From: Amoebophrya sp. A120
Lineage: Eukaryota > Protista > Dinoflagellata
Direction of reading: 5' to 3'
NCBI GenBank assembly: GCA_905178155.1
Contig: CAJINV010000016.1
Span: forward strand, 897,386-961,385
Length of the DNA stretch: 64,000 nucleotides
Numbering within the stretch: the stretch's first letter is position 1; each line of letters opens with the position of its first letter. Position numbers and translations under genes: made by a program. The notes under the pieces are model-generated. The model made no database searches and was not told the DNA's origin. It was given only the letters and a program-made list of their open reading frames with translations. This document shows, piece after piece, positions 47,001-60,000 of this stretch.

Positions 47001-48286
47001 TGGCTGCGGTGCCTTTCTGCAATACAGAGCTGATTTGTTTACCCAAATTCAGCATCAGAAATTTCGTTTTGATATGGGGAGGGGGGATTTTTCCTTGCCA
47101 TAGTCACAAGAAAACCAGCGAAGATCTTCCTCTTCCTGAAGATGATCCTGAGCAGAACGATCATACAAACTGCGACAACGTGACGAGGCCAGAAAGCGAC
47201 CTCCAACCCCTCGGCTTTATACGGCTCGTTCTTTCCCTCAACACGCCGCAAAACCCGTTTTCCACCACCGACGTTAATGTGCTAAAACTGATATGGGAGT
47301 CGTGCACAACTCCCCGTCTTCGCCCCAGTTGCATGCACAGTACCAAGAAGTTCGCCCCTTGTATCTTCGCATGACGGGTTGTTCTTCTTGCAGCCCCAGC
47401 CGCACTGCGATTCTCTGTGGATACTTAATTTCATTATTGTCATGCAAAATTCGCATTCATTCTATCTTGCCGACGTGGTTTCTATATATCGCTGTTCTAA
47501 ACTTCACGACTAGAACATGAGGGGAAGAACGAGCAGTTCTGTGCCTTTTCATAACTGAACCACGAAATAGTGAACACGTACCTTCCTCCGGTGCTGGAAA
47601 TCTCCCCGCAGGAGCGCCAGTACGTGGAGCAGGTGAAGAGGTTCGGCCAGGCTGCGCAGAACTCCGGCGGCAGCACTTTGTCCGACTTCTTTCTAAAGTG
47701 CAAAGCCTGCAGTCGGGCCTTCACGAGCAAGCACCGCGCGATTTTGAAGGCGGTGCTGGAGAAGATGAAGCACGCGAACCCTCTGGGCTTCTTGTACAAC
47801 GAATTGCTGTCGGAAATGCAAAAGAACAAGGGGGTCCAACAGAGCGCGCTAGACCGGATCTTGCGGGAGTTGCAGGAGCAGCAGCTGATCATCCAGTCGA
47901 ACCCGGAGCAAACCGGGCAGCGGGTGAAGTTGAATGTATGCATTGCAAATATATATGTCCTCTGAGTCTGGAAAGTAGTGGGAACTAAGTTGTAGTGCTA
48001 GGTTGGCATCCTGGGAAATCTGTATTGCATAACCAACATTTGTCATGCAAAAACGCAGTTTGATGTTCTCATGCGGACTGCCTAGGAGAGAGCGCTCCGG
48101 AAAGTTGTCATGCTGGGCTCCTCCTGCATTTGGAAGCGTCATGCACATTGTAGCATCACAAGTTTCCAGACATCCAGGGATAATATTTGCACCTGATAGA
48201 ACTGCGGAACGGAGTACTTGAAGCAGAAATACGAGGAGATGCTGGAACTTTTCTCGGCCGGAGTAGACGGGGACGACGGTGACTAG
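44033..48286 (+). CDS. ORC2: Origin recognition complex subunit 2-like (divergent)
   Basis: ORC2-like motifs in the expected order: NLCVSGLGSKYAMLRRF, ILLVVHCYE, IRLVLSLN, VNTYLPPVLE, C-terminal LDRILRELQEQQLI; 5 introners plus GT-AG introns 44637-44816 and 46277-46457. Confidence 0.72.
44347..44555. mobile_element. Introner, family F (inverted relative to 19729-19938)
   Basis: TAT...ATA ends; direct repeat CGAGA. Confidence 0.93.
45937..46197. mobile_element. Introner, family B
   Basis: TAT...ATA ends; direct repeat GAAAG. Confidence 0.92.
46779..47102. mobile_element. Introner, family C
   Basis: TAT...ATA ends; direct repeat GTCAC; interior similar to 23797-24119 and 61130-61456. Confidence 0.92.
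47292..47553. mobile_element. Introner, family E (diverged)
   Basis: tatgggagtcgtgcacaactcccc ... catgaggggaag...gtgccttttcata; direct repeat ACTGA. Confidence 0.82.
47937..48198. mobile_element. Introner, family B (diverged)
   Basis: TAT...ATA ends; repeat GAATG/GAACT. Confidence 0.85.
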
Positions 48287-49451
48287 GTGGGTCTCCGGAA
48301 GTAGAAGTTCATTTTTCTTGCTGCCCTCCTGTATCAATTTCAATGCTTATTACTACGACGCCGACCTGCAACCAGTAGTGCACCAGCACCTGAACTATTA
48401 ACTCGCAGACAACATGTAGGTTTTCTGGCGATCATGACAATCACAATGAACTTCTGCCAACATTATCATGTAGAACCGGAGGCGCGACTACTTGTTGTAG
48501 CGAGTACAATCCTCCATTTTCAAAACTTGTTTCTACCAAACATAACGAACAATGAGATCATTCGGCCTACCATTCATTTGTGTGTGTGTTCGCCCGTGGT
48601 CGTGCAGAAATGGAAATCGTCATGTTATGCATGTAGTAGATGTAGACGCATAGCAGGAGTACGAACTGCTTTTGCTTTCTGTTTTTTGTCTCGACGTCTA
48701 GATGTTGGTGTTGCAACTAGAAGGGCGGTATGTCAGCGTCCGAGTGGCAATAAAACAAAAAATGTGCAACAAGAACAACTGGTCCCTCTTCTAGTAGTCA
48801 TCCTTAAGTAGAATCGTTGTCGTGGTGGAAGATCATGGCAAGAAACACGTCTCGTCCCTCTGTTCTTGCTCGTTGCTTTTTTTCTACGGGAAGATGTTGT
48901 ACACTTGGTCCTAGAGAAGTAGATGCTCGTGCTTTATTCCTCTTCCCGTCATCATCCATCGTGCAAAACAAGCAAATCGCTTTGGTGGGCTGCTCTAGGT
49001 TAAAAATAAAAAAGCTTTGTTTCTCATCACTCAGAAGTCCTCGTTCTCGTAAAACTTGATATCCAAACCGTAGCACTTGCACTGATAAAGCTAGTACAAG
49101 TCGTACACCAAGAAAATAACCGTCCACACCACCCTACTTCTCTTCTTCACATTGTGACAAGAGAATGAAAAGGGAAAGGCGTCTTTCGTGAAAGTTGATT
49201 AAGGCTATAATATGCTTCGCTGTGTGAATGTGATGTTACAACTCAAAAATGAAAACCCATGACGGTCGTCTGCAAAGTTTTTTTTTCCAAGAACGGAAAG
49301 GGTCAGTCAGAACTCCAATTCCAGCCCCGGGAGGGATCTGAAGTTGATACTATATACACGAGTTTTAAGTCGTCCTGCTGCTGCTCCTGCACATATTGAT
49401 TAGAAATCAAATTTACGTCCGCAGAAAAAAAACCCACACACAATAAAAACC

Positions 49452-50743
49452 ATGTCTCGCAACCCGGAGCGCACCTGGGTCAGGCGGTCGGAGTCCGCAC
49501 CACGTGCGTTGACGAAGCCACCAGGCGCCACGATGGATGCCGGCATGGGGCAGATAGTGTGGCAGGCCCCGTGTCTCGTGAACTTCCAACCGTGCCAGGG
49601 TGGAGACAGACCGAAGATAGGTACTTATTGAAATGCAGACATTGACATCAACATACACAGAATGCGCAATTTTGGTTTTGCACAATTGCATGCTGTTGCC
49701 ATTTAGTACTTACTGCCTCGCACTGAATGAAGTAGTCCTCATGCCGGTTCACCACGGATCGTCATGTGTGCCTGTGCAACGCTCGCTCCTCCGCCCTCGT
49801 ATCACCAGTTTTGGGATCTTGTTGAATAGGTGAAGTGATCATACAAATCAATGCCAGCAACATCACCAAGTACTTCATGTTAAGTTATAATCAGGTCGTG
49901 ATCTGTTCGGCTCCGTGACGAATCCATACCAGTTTGACAAGACTTTTGTCAACCGAGTGGACAATTTTAAGAAGCGAATTGCGGAAAAAATGGAAATGGA
50001 CGTCGAGACCGAAGCCCCAAGCAGCAGCAGGAGTTCAGGTAGTTACAGAGTTTTCATGCGGGATGTGCAAGCAGCACAGATTTGTCATGCACTTTGTGTG
50101 TCGTAAATGCTAATGCAAAAACCAAAAAGTGTGCATTGTAATACGATGAAATTTCCCACTAAAATCAGGTTCCTCCTCCGTCCCCGAGCGTCAGTACTCC
50201 GTCCGGAGATCACAAAGCTTCGAGTACACCAACCGAACACCCTTTACCGTGCATGCCCAGTCAAGTCCTAACCTGGTGATCAATATCGCCAGAAACAAAC
50301 CGGGATACATGGGGTATAAAATTCAGTATAGGATCATTTCTATTTCTTTCAGTTTCACGCTATTGCTCATGTGAATTCACGCGGCAAGCAGGGAACAGTG
50401 AGTACTAATTACATTTGTAGTTTGCTGGAACTTGAGATAAATGCAGTAGAAGGGGTGCTGGCGTGTCCATGATGCAGCTCTCTCTCCCGTTTTTTTCATG
50501 GTTATCTTTTGCAATCAATAGAATTCGAATTCCAACCTTTACTTATTTATCAGGTATATTCCCGGTGAGAAAGCAGAAAACGTTCACGGTCGCATCTGGG
50601 CGAAGATGGTGTCCGATTGCGCACACCTTCGCGGCCCAGCAAAATCCCAGCCGTGGGACGGAGCGCGGGGTATGCTGCCCCTGCCAACGCCCTACCCGGA
50701 ACTGCGGCACCACCCGACGCACTGGCTCGGGAACGGGTATTAG
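49452..50743 (+). CDS. Probable ciliary microtubule-inner protein, FAM166/CIMIP2-like; exons 49452-49620, 49895-50038, 50169-50313, 50554-50743
   Basis: Three GT-AG introns give one frame containing KPGYMGYIPGEKAENVHG, the PGYxGYxP...ENxxG motif typical of the FAM166 family; largely missed by the ORF track. Confidence 0.7.
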
Positions 50744-51026
50744 GAACCATGTAGGACTTCTGTAGAAAAAAACAAAAAATCCTCGCCGTGGTGCGAAGAC
50801 AAAGAGCTTTTTTCCAAAAAGCATTTATTTTCATCGGGGGCGAAAGCTTTTACCGAAGCGAAGTCAGAAACGTCAGTAGAGATGAAACACAGGGTACGAA
50901 GTATCGGATGAGTGACTGAGTCATTTCCGCGGAGAAAATAACACTACAACCAGTTCAAAAATATTATGTCAAGTAAAACACGGCACTGCGGTGCGATTTC
51001 TTCAATCATGTCAGGTTAATATTTCA

Positions 51027-51093
51027 ATAGGTTCAACAGACAAGTAAATATAGGTTCATAAGGATTCCAATAGGTTCAGACTTTATAGGTTCA
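51027..51093 (+). repeat. ataggttca x4 with 6-14 bp spacers
   Basis: Copies at 51027, 51050, 51070 and 51085. Confidence 0.85.
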
Positions 51094-52189
51094 TCATTGT
51101 GACTTGTCCTTAGGTCGATTTCATGTTCAGACGAGAAGTTTTGTTGCTTTCATGTACGCTATTTTGTAAAATTTGGTTTCGATAAAAACCGCAATTTCAT
51201 GGGCAAAATGTATTGCGAAGCGCAACAAGCGCGTTTCTGGCCGGAACATCGAACACCCGCTACTTTTTTGTTTACTACATGGATAGCTGCTCCCATACTT
51301 TTCCAAAATGTACATTACTTTTGTGCTGCTACTTCTTGAATCATTGCACGCGCGGCCCTCAGCTCGTCGTCGTGTAGAAGTACTTCATAAGTGCTTTACC
51401 CTTGTTACTTATTCAATTTTGCTTTTGCTCGCTTGACGAGGTTTATACAGATGCACTTCACCACCTCGCAGCTGCCACAAGGTCGACAACGCATTTCTCC
51501 TTCCCAGGAGATCGCGTTGACCGCCTGTTGACAGGGATGAATCTGTTATTTCTCAAGCAAGTTTTTGTTTTTTCTACCGGTCAGCGATGAGAAAAAGAAG
51601 CAAGAGCTGGGCACGAAGATCTGGACGATTGTGTACCGCGCATCTTCCGCACGTAGCTTGCGAGCAGCTTTGATCATGTCTGAGTCTGTTTGATGCAGCT
51701 ACAACCGGGTCGTCCTCGTCATCTATCAGCTATAAAGATGGGTATCGTAAGACTAAGAGCGAGTATCGATAGTCAAGAATCAAGTACGTGATATTATCAA
51801 AGAGAGTCGTTCTCTACGTCGTCCTTGAAGTAGGTGGGAATCCGTGCGCAGAACTACTGAAGAATCATGGGTGTGAGAGAAGATTTCGTACTAGCATTTG
51901 TCACCGGAAGTAGATTTTTCTGGGAGGGGATTCTCACGTCGTAAGAAAAACTTCTGGTCGTCCCAATACCGGCGCATTGCTTCTCGTCTAGTGCTTTGAA
52001 TTCTACTATTGCACAGGACCCAACTCCATTTGTACGTAGTATCTGTTACCTGCTTATCCCCCGGAGGGACAACGAGCCAGCCCCTGGAAATACAAAAACA
52101 GGAGGACAGAATTGTACGTTGTTTTTTTGTTGAGCCTGAGAAGTCATCTGTAGTTCATCGTTGCCTAAGGCCACCCTCCTCCGCCCAGG

Positions 52190-53097
52190 ATGCCGAAGGA
52201 GGTGAATATGGTAAACGAGATGAAGCTATGCTGTGCAAAAGTATCGTACTAGTATGAATTGCATTACAAACTGGCTCAGCATTACAAAGGTAATTTGTAA
52301 TGCGGATTTCCCTTGATTATTAGATTTGTAATGCATGACTGCGATTAGTACGAGTGCGATACTTTTGCAGTGCATAGAAGCTCTGGAAAGACAGGGTAGA
52401 CGGTGAGCTCAACTCCGCAGCCGAGTGGGAAGCGAACTGGGGCTTTTTGAAGGCAGAGAAGAAAGTGGAAGCGCCACCAGAAGGTATGATCATCATGATG
52501 TTGATAAGAAGTAGAACCGAAACCGACCTTGTCACGGCCCTGTCTTGGCACCACGACAGCAACTATGAACAGAAGCAAATGTATACCCAAACACTACTAT
52601 CAGGTAAATTTAGTGTCGAAAGACCACCCGCCCCCGCTTCCCCAAAGCCATCGGTAACGGGCGAAGATGCGGTGGAGCTGACCGCGAAACTGAGGTATAC
52701 CATCAATCGCGGAAAAACGCCGAAGGAAATCCAGGCCAGACCATTGACAACATCGCAGGTATGGACTTATTCTACAAACGACCCCCTCTGAATTTCTATG
52801 GTACGGAAACGCATGTTGTTCCCTTCCGTTTTCGTTCATGTTATGGTCAAGCAGGTCATTCTATTTCTATCCCGAAAGGAATTTCCCGGGCACGACATGT
52901 GTATTTGACGTTCATTCGCATCACCTCTTGATCCTGAAGCAAAAAATGATAAAGAAAGTAGGACGCAAATCTGTATCTGCAATGAAAAAAATCGCACCAT
53001 TGCACAAAATCAGGAATTGGGCTGGAGGCCGCCGATCGAACTGTTTGGGCGGGGCGACAATGGTGTCAAGCGGGACCCCGGAATTTGGCCGCAGTAG
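52190..53097 (+). CDS. Small probable ciliary microtubule-inner protein (C20orf85/CIMIP1-like); exons 52190-52226, 52382-52483, 52604-52758, 53014-53097
   Basis: Reconstructed MPKEVNMVNEMKLWKDRVDGELNSAAEWEANWGFLK...PKEIQARPLTTSQELGWR; the WK.R..E...W..NWGFL and P.TT.Q..GW motifs match that family from memory. Confidence 0.68.
52227..52376. mobile_element. Introner, family A
   Basis: TAT...ATA ends; direct repeat GAAGC. Confidence 0.92.
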
Positions 53098-53941
53098 GGT
53101 CTTCCTCTGAGGGGAGCAAGAGAATGTGTCAATGAAAATAATTCTTCACAACAATAAAATCAAGGCCTTCACCGCCACGGTTTCTTCAACTACAACACTG
53201 TTTGTTACAAAGCGAGACTCACTAAAAACATCTGTCAACTGTCACCAAGGTTCAATATTACACGAAATACGTCAACACTTAAAGTTCACTGTTACACTAC
53301 ACTCAGAAATGTCACGGCAGATCTTCTGATGACAGGAAAAAATGCGTTGCGAAAGATTGAGGTTGAATGTCAAATAGCCGGTCCTTGATGGACTTTTGTT
53401 AATGTTTGGGAAAATGTATGCAATGTCGATGTTGAGCTTGCGGAACAGAAGCACTTGTTAAAAAAAAAGTACCATCACCAGACGCTTTTTGCAATTCCAA
53501 TTTGGTCGTCCCATGATCCTGGCGTTCCATTTTTTACCTCGGCATCATGCCTTCTATTGCGCTGCCTCTGTTTCGTCTTCGCTGCGTCGTTGAATATGCT
53601 TTTGCTACGGGAATTATAGTACGTCGCATGCCCCCTTTAAGTGTAGGAGAGAAGCTGGTGCGCCGTTGTCGTGTTTCTTTCTATTCGCATCTCTTTTGAA
53701 TTCGTACGCCAGCAGTTCGTGGTCGTGGAAACAGGGTTCTTTGGGCCAGGGAGTGACCGAGAAGCGAAGACAAGGCCGCCGCGATTTTGAGAGAACAGGA
53801 TTGGTGAACCTATGTCAATGAAGACTTTTCTTTTGCTAGAAGTACGAGTTCTCATGCAGCTACGTACTGTCAGCAGCCGCCGGCGCGACCGCGAGCCCGA
53901 GCGCCTCAACGAACAATCTCACGCTGGAGGCGAAAGAAGAT

Positions 53942-55146
53942 GTGAATCAACCTTGTTTACTTCTGCTTCTCAATACAATTACTTTCGTCTGTAGTAGGGG
54001 AGAGACGCCGTTCCCCGCCAGGGCGGGAGATCTTGTGGTAGTTACCATCGAGGACCGCTGCTGTCCTTGCAGTCGCTACTGTTTTTCCTTCCGCTCGTTT
54101 AAATCTGAAGTATTCGTATCTAAAATGTATGTAATCAGCAGTTTTACCCTCAAGCCTGACTGCATGATGGGCGGTGAACAACTTTGCCCACTAGGAGCGC
54201 TTCGTCGACGGCGTAGGCGATCGAACAACCTTTCCGCGATTTTTTTCCTCTTCGCAAGAAGCGGGCCTGGTTTTTGTAACTTTTTGTGGCTGCAACAAGC
54301 TCGGAGCACCACCACGACAGCATCCAGTTCATCTTCATCGTCTGAAGTTGTACAACCGGCTACTCCGCCGCCGGCGAAGAACTTATTTTTCGAACAGCAA
54401 GAAGTAGAGCTCGAGCACGACGCGCAGCCGGACTTTGTCTCGTCTTCGTTCCTGCGAGAAGAGGACGCCGGCGCAGATGAGCTGCGACAGGTGCCACAAA
54501 AAGCAGTCCAGAAAACAAGCACGACCGCTGCAGGATATGAAACTACTGCTCCCCAGGCAATGGTAGATCACAACGACCTCCCGGAAAGTAGAACGGACAC
54601 TTTTACATTTGATATGAAGGGCGGCGAGCAGGCGGGCATGAAATTCCAGGACAGTGTCAAGATCGCCTCGAACCTGGCCAATGTCGGCGACGCCAAGATA
54701 TCCTGAGTAAAAACGTCCCCACCCCAGAGTCAAGTTGGGATTTTGGCAAGACAAATCGAGCATCTTTGGGACTCACGCATGACAAGTTTGGCTGCGCAGT
54801 GTAGTCGTGCCTAGCTAGTTCAAACGCATCACAGATCCAGTCTGTCATCCTGATTAGCGCATGACAGATTCCCAAACGCCACTAGGTAATTCCTCTCCTG
54901 GAGAGCCGCATGACACACATTCTGAGCCTGCAGATCCGCATGACAGCTATGGGGTGGGGATGTTTTTACATATGATACAAGACCGTGCTGATTCACTCCT
55001 GGTCGACGACGCATTCGCAATTGACGGAAGAGCAGCGGATCTCGGCGGGCGTCAAGCCGGAGTCGATTCGTGTTTCGGTCGGGTTCGAAGATTTGGAAGA
55101 CCTGAAGCAAGACTTCAAGCAGGCCCTGCTCGCGAGTCAGAAGTAA
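53942..55146 (+). CDS. C-terminal ~90 aa of an O-acetylhomoserine sulfhydrylase (MetY/Met17 family) fused to an unrelated N-terminal region; possibly a pseudogene
   Basis: FTFDMKGGEQAGMKFQDSVKIASNLANVGDAK|TVLIHSWSTTHSQLTEEQRISAGVKPESIRVSVGFEDLEDLKQDFKQAL; homology begins ~54601 and no PLP-binding domain is seen upstream. Confidence 0.7.
54699..54977. mobile_element. Introner, family D
   Basis: TAT...ATA ends; direct repeat CAAGA. Confidence 0.92.
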
Positions 55147-57010
55147 AAGTTTTGCTGGTTCTTGTGACCATTTTTCTGTACTACGCTTACGCATAAGATG
55201 AACCGCGTGGAACTACTTACGTGGAGACGAGCTCGAGTGTTTTTAGCTGCACTTGTTTCGATTTGCTACGTTAGAATTAGATTTCCAAGGCGTCTACAGC
55301 ATCTCGAAACCAGGATCCACGAGGATTTCTCGTTGGAAAAGTATTGACTTTTTGTTTTGTAATTGTAAGAACTACTTAGTAGTTTTTGCCACAGCCATCT
55401 TCAGCGATGAAAAGATGAGATAGAGAATGTGAAGCATGAGGTTAAGGGCACGTTATTGGTGCTCTAGATTACATTCTGAATCGATGGCAATTTTCATGAT
55501 ATTCTGTTCTCATTTTTGTCGTAACCTGCACCAGAAAATTAGATAATCGTGACGCAAGGAAGCGGATGCACTTTTTACATTGAAAATCTTCAGAGATCGA
55601 GACATCAACATACATCATGAGTTACACAACGTCTCTACGCGTAGCATGCCAACATAGTAAACATGCGGCTCGCTCTCGCAGCTAGGAGTGTCAAGCCGTT
55701 TTTTTCGAAATCGTGTGTAATTATAGTTTGCCGGCCTGCCGTGTACGTAGTTTATTCAAACTTGCACTTTATTTTCACGTGAATCGAAACCAGCACCGTA
55801 CGACAGTGGTATAATGCATAGTTGTATGGCTGCTCGCGATGTTGATAAATCACAGCCATTTCATCTTGTTGGTTTTGATTCCGAATTATCATTTGTTGCC
55901 GTACCAGCGCACCATGATATTTTACTTCGCTAATACTAGCACTATGTCTCTATTTGATGCACATCAGAAATCCTGAAATCGTTTTTGGAATTTGAAGAAA
56001 AAATGATTTCGAGTTGTTGTATGCACCAGTAGTGATTGGAATTGACAGCCTTCTAAACGACCTCGTCTCGCTGGAATGCCAACATACGAATGTTTTTAAG
56101 TATGTTTACACTAAAGCAAGGCTAAGTGGCGAGGATCATCAGAAATTGAGTATTGCGCCGCACTTTGAAGAATTCATTGCACCTGTACTTGGAGGAGGCT
56201 CGTCTTGCATCTTTTATCTCGAAGACCACAGGAGTAGCACATAGTTTCACGCATAACGGACCGCGCTACACATGTCCAGCACAAACTTTTGGTTTTGCGA
56301 CAAGAAGCATCTATTAAACAGTCTCTGGAAAACGTTGGAAGATGCCATATTTTCTCCCTTTGCCGTCGTTGCATGGCACTTTTTGTTTCGATTCAAGAAC
56401 CGGCCTCAAGAATGTTCTCCGAAAGAGACCACAGACCTCGGTACGACCCTATAATTGGAGAAGCACTCAGCAACACGTCCGCAGCTCGACGTCGGCAAAG
56501 CGTGTTTTTTTGCGATTCCGTTTCATCTGCGTTCCTGCTGCAGCGCCGGAGTTGAGTAAGTTCGCCGGATCACCCTGTGCTTATCTACTTCTCGTGCTCT
56601 TGGTAGTATGGTGTAGAAGGTGTGTTACATTTGGATCATCAAGATCATCGCGCGGCTCCTAAACCTTACGGCTCTACAACTCGTCACGCGCCGTTGATTG
56701 GTAACTTGTGGGCCAATTTCTGGGATCACATATTTAGATTGACGACACATCAAGACTGGTTCTTGCAACTGTCTTCTTCTTGCGGTACTTTTCTGTTGCA
56801 GTGTCCACCGCTGGCGCAGTCGTGCTGGAACGAAAAATCAGAATTAGAAATCTTTGCCGGACATTTATTTTTGTAACGAGAACGCGAAGGAAGATGATGC
56901 ATCTCTTTCTCGTCCTCCAAATTGCAAGTAGGCATTGGAGATGATCATTACAGCGACCTAGCGCAACTTCACCCACTTCTCCTGCTGCGTACTATAGGAA
57001 TCAGGCGAAG

Positions 57011-60000
57011 ATGCAAGAGCAGGACCATCACCAGCAGCAGCGGCGCGACGTGCTGCGCCTTCGCATCCGGCGGTCTCTTTGCCCCCCACCGCAGATGACT
57101 ATTTCTAGTAGTGGTTCATCTGTACTAGCTGCACATCGACCTGGTGCAATAAAGCAGGGTCAACAACATCATGATGCCGCAACTACCTCTGCACCAGATG
57201 ATCCGGAACTCAACTATTACAAGCACTGCGGCACGGTGATTCCTCGGGACACACTGCACGAAGCGTATGTGTCCTACGACAGCATAAGGACACGACCAGA
57301 GGAGCGTCAGTCGTCGTCCGACGACGGCGGCGGTGCCGGTAGTGGTGTTGATAGCACCACAAGCGGCTCGTCAACATCTCCTCTACTTCGGCTGAAGGAC
57401 AACAGTCTCTGGCTTGCGTCAGCACGATCAGGAACAAATTCTTCCCCCAGCTCCTCGTCATCCTCCTCCACCTCGAAAAGAAAACAAAACTCGTTGTCGT
57501 TCTACTTCCGCCTGCGGATTGTGTCCAGCAAGTCAATCCCGAAAAACGAACTGTGGCTCTCCTCCCACTTGGCGCATAATTTCGGGTCGGATATTTGTGG
57601 CTCCTTCATCGCGGAGTTGCGCCTAGTACCTTCGTGGTCTACTTCGCTGGGTGAAGATAGTGTTGTCGGTGTAGAAGGAGCTCCTCCTGCTGCAGCTAAA
57701 CCGTCGGGCCGAGGCGGAACAGGATTAAAATCCGCTTCACAAAGTAGACAAAGTGCGCATGTTGAACGAAGTAGAGCACCACCTCCAGAACAAGTATTGC
57801 AATGCCTCTGCATCGAGGACGGTAGCATGAACATCCTCTCTACTTCCCCTATGCAACAACACCTCGCGCCGCGGCTCTGCTCCAAAGCTCACCTCGAGCT
57901 GCTCGGTGGGACAGCCGCTGGGCTGTTGACGAGGAATTTGCCAGAAGACGTCATGGCGAACGTCGCGGACTTATCAGAATGAAAAATCCCCCCTCCCCAT
58001 ATCAAAATGAAGTCTCTGATGCTGGATTTGCGTACACAAATCAGATTTGTGTTGCTGGCGAGGACTCCAGACCCACGCTAAGCCTGAGTAGACAGGTTTT
58101 GGCCTAGGCGCTTTGCATGACAGACGTCTCCGCTGTGGCTAAAACAACATGACAAACCGCCTGTGGAATGCGGCGGAGCTTGTGGAGTTGCCTTCATGCA
58201 ACACAGAGGCGATTTGTGGTCACAAATCAGCAACGCAAATTTTCGAAAACGCGCCTTGTCAATATGGGGAGGGAGGATTTTTCCTTTTGATAGGACTCCC
58301 TGCGGATTCTTTGCGGCACGGTGCCCCGGCTTATGACAGTGCACAACTCCCCCTCCCCCTCATTTTGTCATGCAGAATCTCAAATCCAGTCGCTCTCGCT
58401 GCCTTGTGGCACTGTTTGCATGACAAGTTCTGGTAGCCCAAATAGCACTACACTCCAGTGTAAATTTGTCATGCAAAACCCGCACTCTTGCTGATGCTTG
58501 TGTTGCCGTTCATGCTAATATACAAATGAGGGGGAGGGGGAGATGTGCAATCTCATACGGCTCGTCGCGGTCAACGAGGTTTTCACCCTGCCGTTGGCTT
58601 TGTGGCCCGCGGGATTTGAGTTCTTGGCCCGGATGGAGCGGAACGGGCAGGTCAGGTTTGAGGCGAGCAGCGTCGCGCCGCAGCAGCCAGCTGGGATAGC
58701 ATTGAACAACTCAGGAGCTATGAGTTCTTACAACGCAACCTCATCGGGCGGCGCACTAGGGGGAACGGAACCAGGGGTCGTGAAGAATCCGTTGACTCTT
58801 CCAGCAGCATCCTCCGCCGCGCACCGGTTTTTGGTTGGACGGCACGTCAAAACCGCAGGAACCGATGCTTATTCCCAACAAGGCGGCACTGAAACAACCG
58901 AAGCTTCATTTGGCGCTGCCACAAGAGCACCAGGGGGGACATCTTCACGAGCAGCACAGGGAAACGACCCGGCCGGGTCCAGCATACTAGAAGCGGGCGC
59001 GGCTGCTGCTAGTAGAAGTGCTGCAAGTAGGACACATCATCTTCCGCCAAAGCCGAAAGCCAAACTGCTGCCTTGGATGTCTCGCCAGAAACCGAGTCCA
59101 GATATCAGCTACCGACAGGCGATTGAGCAGCAGTTTTTGAACGTCACAGACTCGGTGTTCGATCTGTTTATGCCCTTTGGATTTCCCAGTGTTAATATGG
59201 GAACATCAAATGGGGCATCGAAGAACACAGGTGAACAAACATCAACCGGAACTACAACGAGAAACACAGCGACCGAATCCGTGGTCGCAAAGATCGCGAA
59301 GACGGTGACGAAAAAGTGCAACCCGCACCCGCTCTGGGACTACAGCTTTCTGCCAACGTTCACTTTTCGGGTAAAGAAGTTAGAGGTGGCGGGGATGGAA
59401 ATCGGAGCGGACGACGAGATGAAGAACAAAGAGGATTTGCAAACAAATTATGGGATGAAAGCAGAACGAAGAAATGTCGGCGGCTACATTTCCTTCCCGG
59501 AAACAGCGGTGGAGCTGGTGTCGAAGGAAGAGGATTCACCACCAGGTGAGGACACGAGTGGTCCTGGCGGTGGAGGTCGCGCACCTCCAAGTTATAGAAG
59601 CTCCGTATTGATGCTGATGGACCATTACATCGAGGATAGCGAGGACGAGGAAAATTCGCTCGATAATTATCCGCAGCTGCGCGCCAGGGGTCAGAATACA
59701 GAAAATAATGACGGTCGTGCAGATGGTGCGCAACAACTTGACTACTACAAGACAAAAGCCCGCCCTCTGCAGCACCAGCAGACCACTGCTACGCCCTTTT
59801 CCCTGTTTCACTTCGCGAACCACTTACCGGCACCGTGCTTGCCGTGTTTGCGAGAAAATGCAGGGATTCTGAGGAAAGTTATGCACGATATACTATCTAC
59901 ACCGTTTGATGCCGCGAGCGCGGCCACTAGGACCACAACTACAACTAGCACAGTACCCCCCGTGCTTCTCTTCGCCGGCCCGCGCAGCACGGGGAAGCGG

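Noticed and set aside
47288-47312. LIWESCTT resembling an ORC2 motif
   Set aside because: It lies in the left TIR of element 47292-47553; the spliced frame (KLNHEIVNTYLP) is better supported.
51027-51093. Repeat-spacer pattern as a CRISPR array (also 15203-15293)
   Set aside because: Repeats are too short or irregular, spacers too short, context is eukaryotic, and there are no cas genes.
54106-54619. Possible decayed family-B element: tgaag+TAT at 54106-54113 and gacacttttacatttgata+tgaag ending 54619
   Set aside because: The right-hand match encodes FTFDMKGG, which fits MetY; the left TIR is poor, the interior looks coding, and removal does not improve homology.
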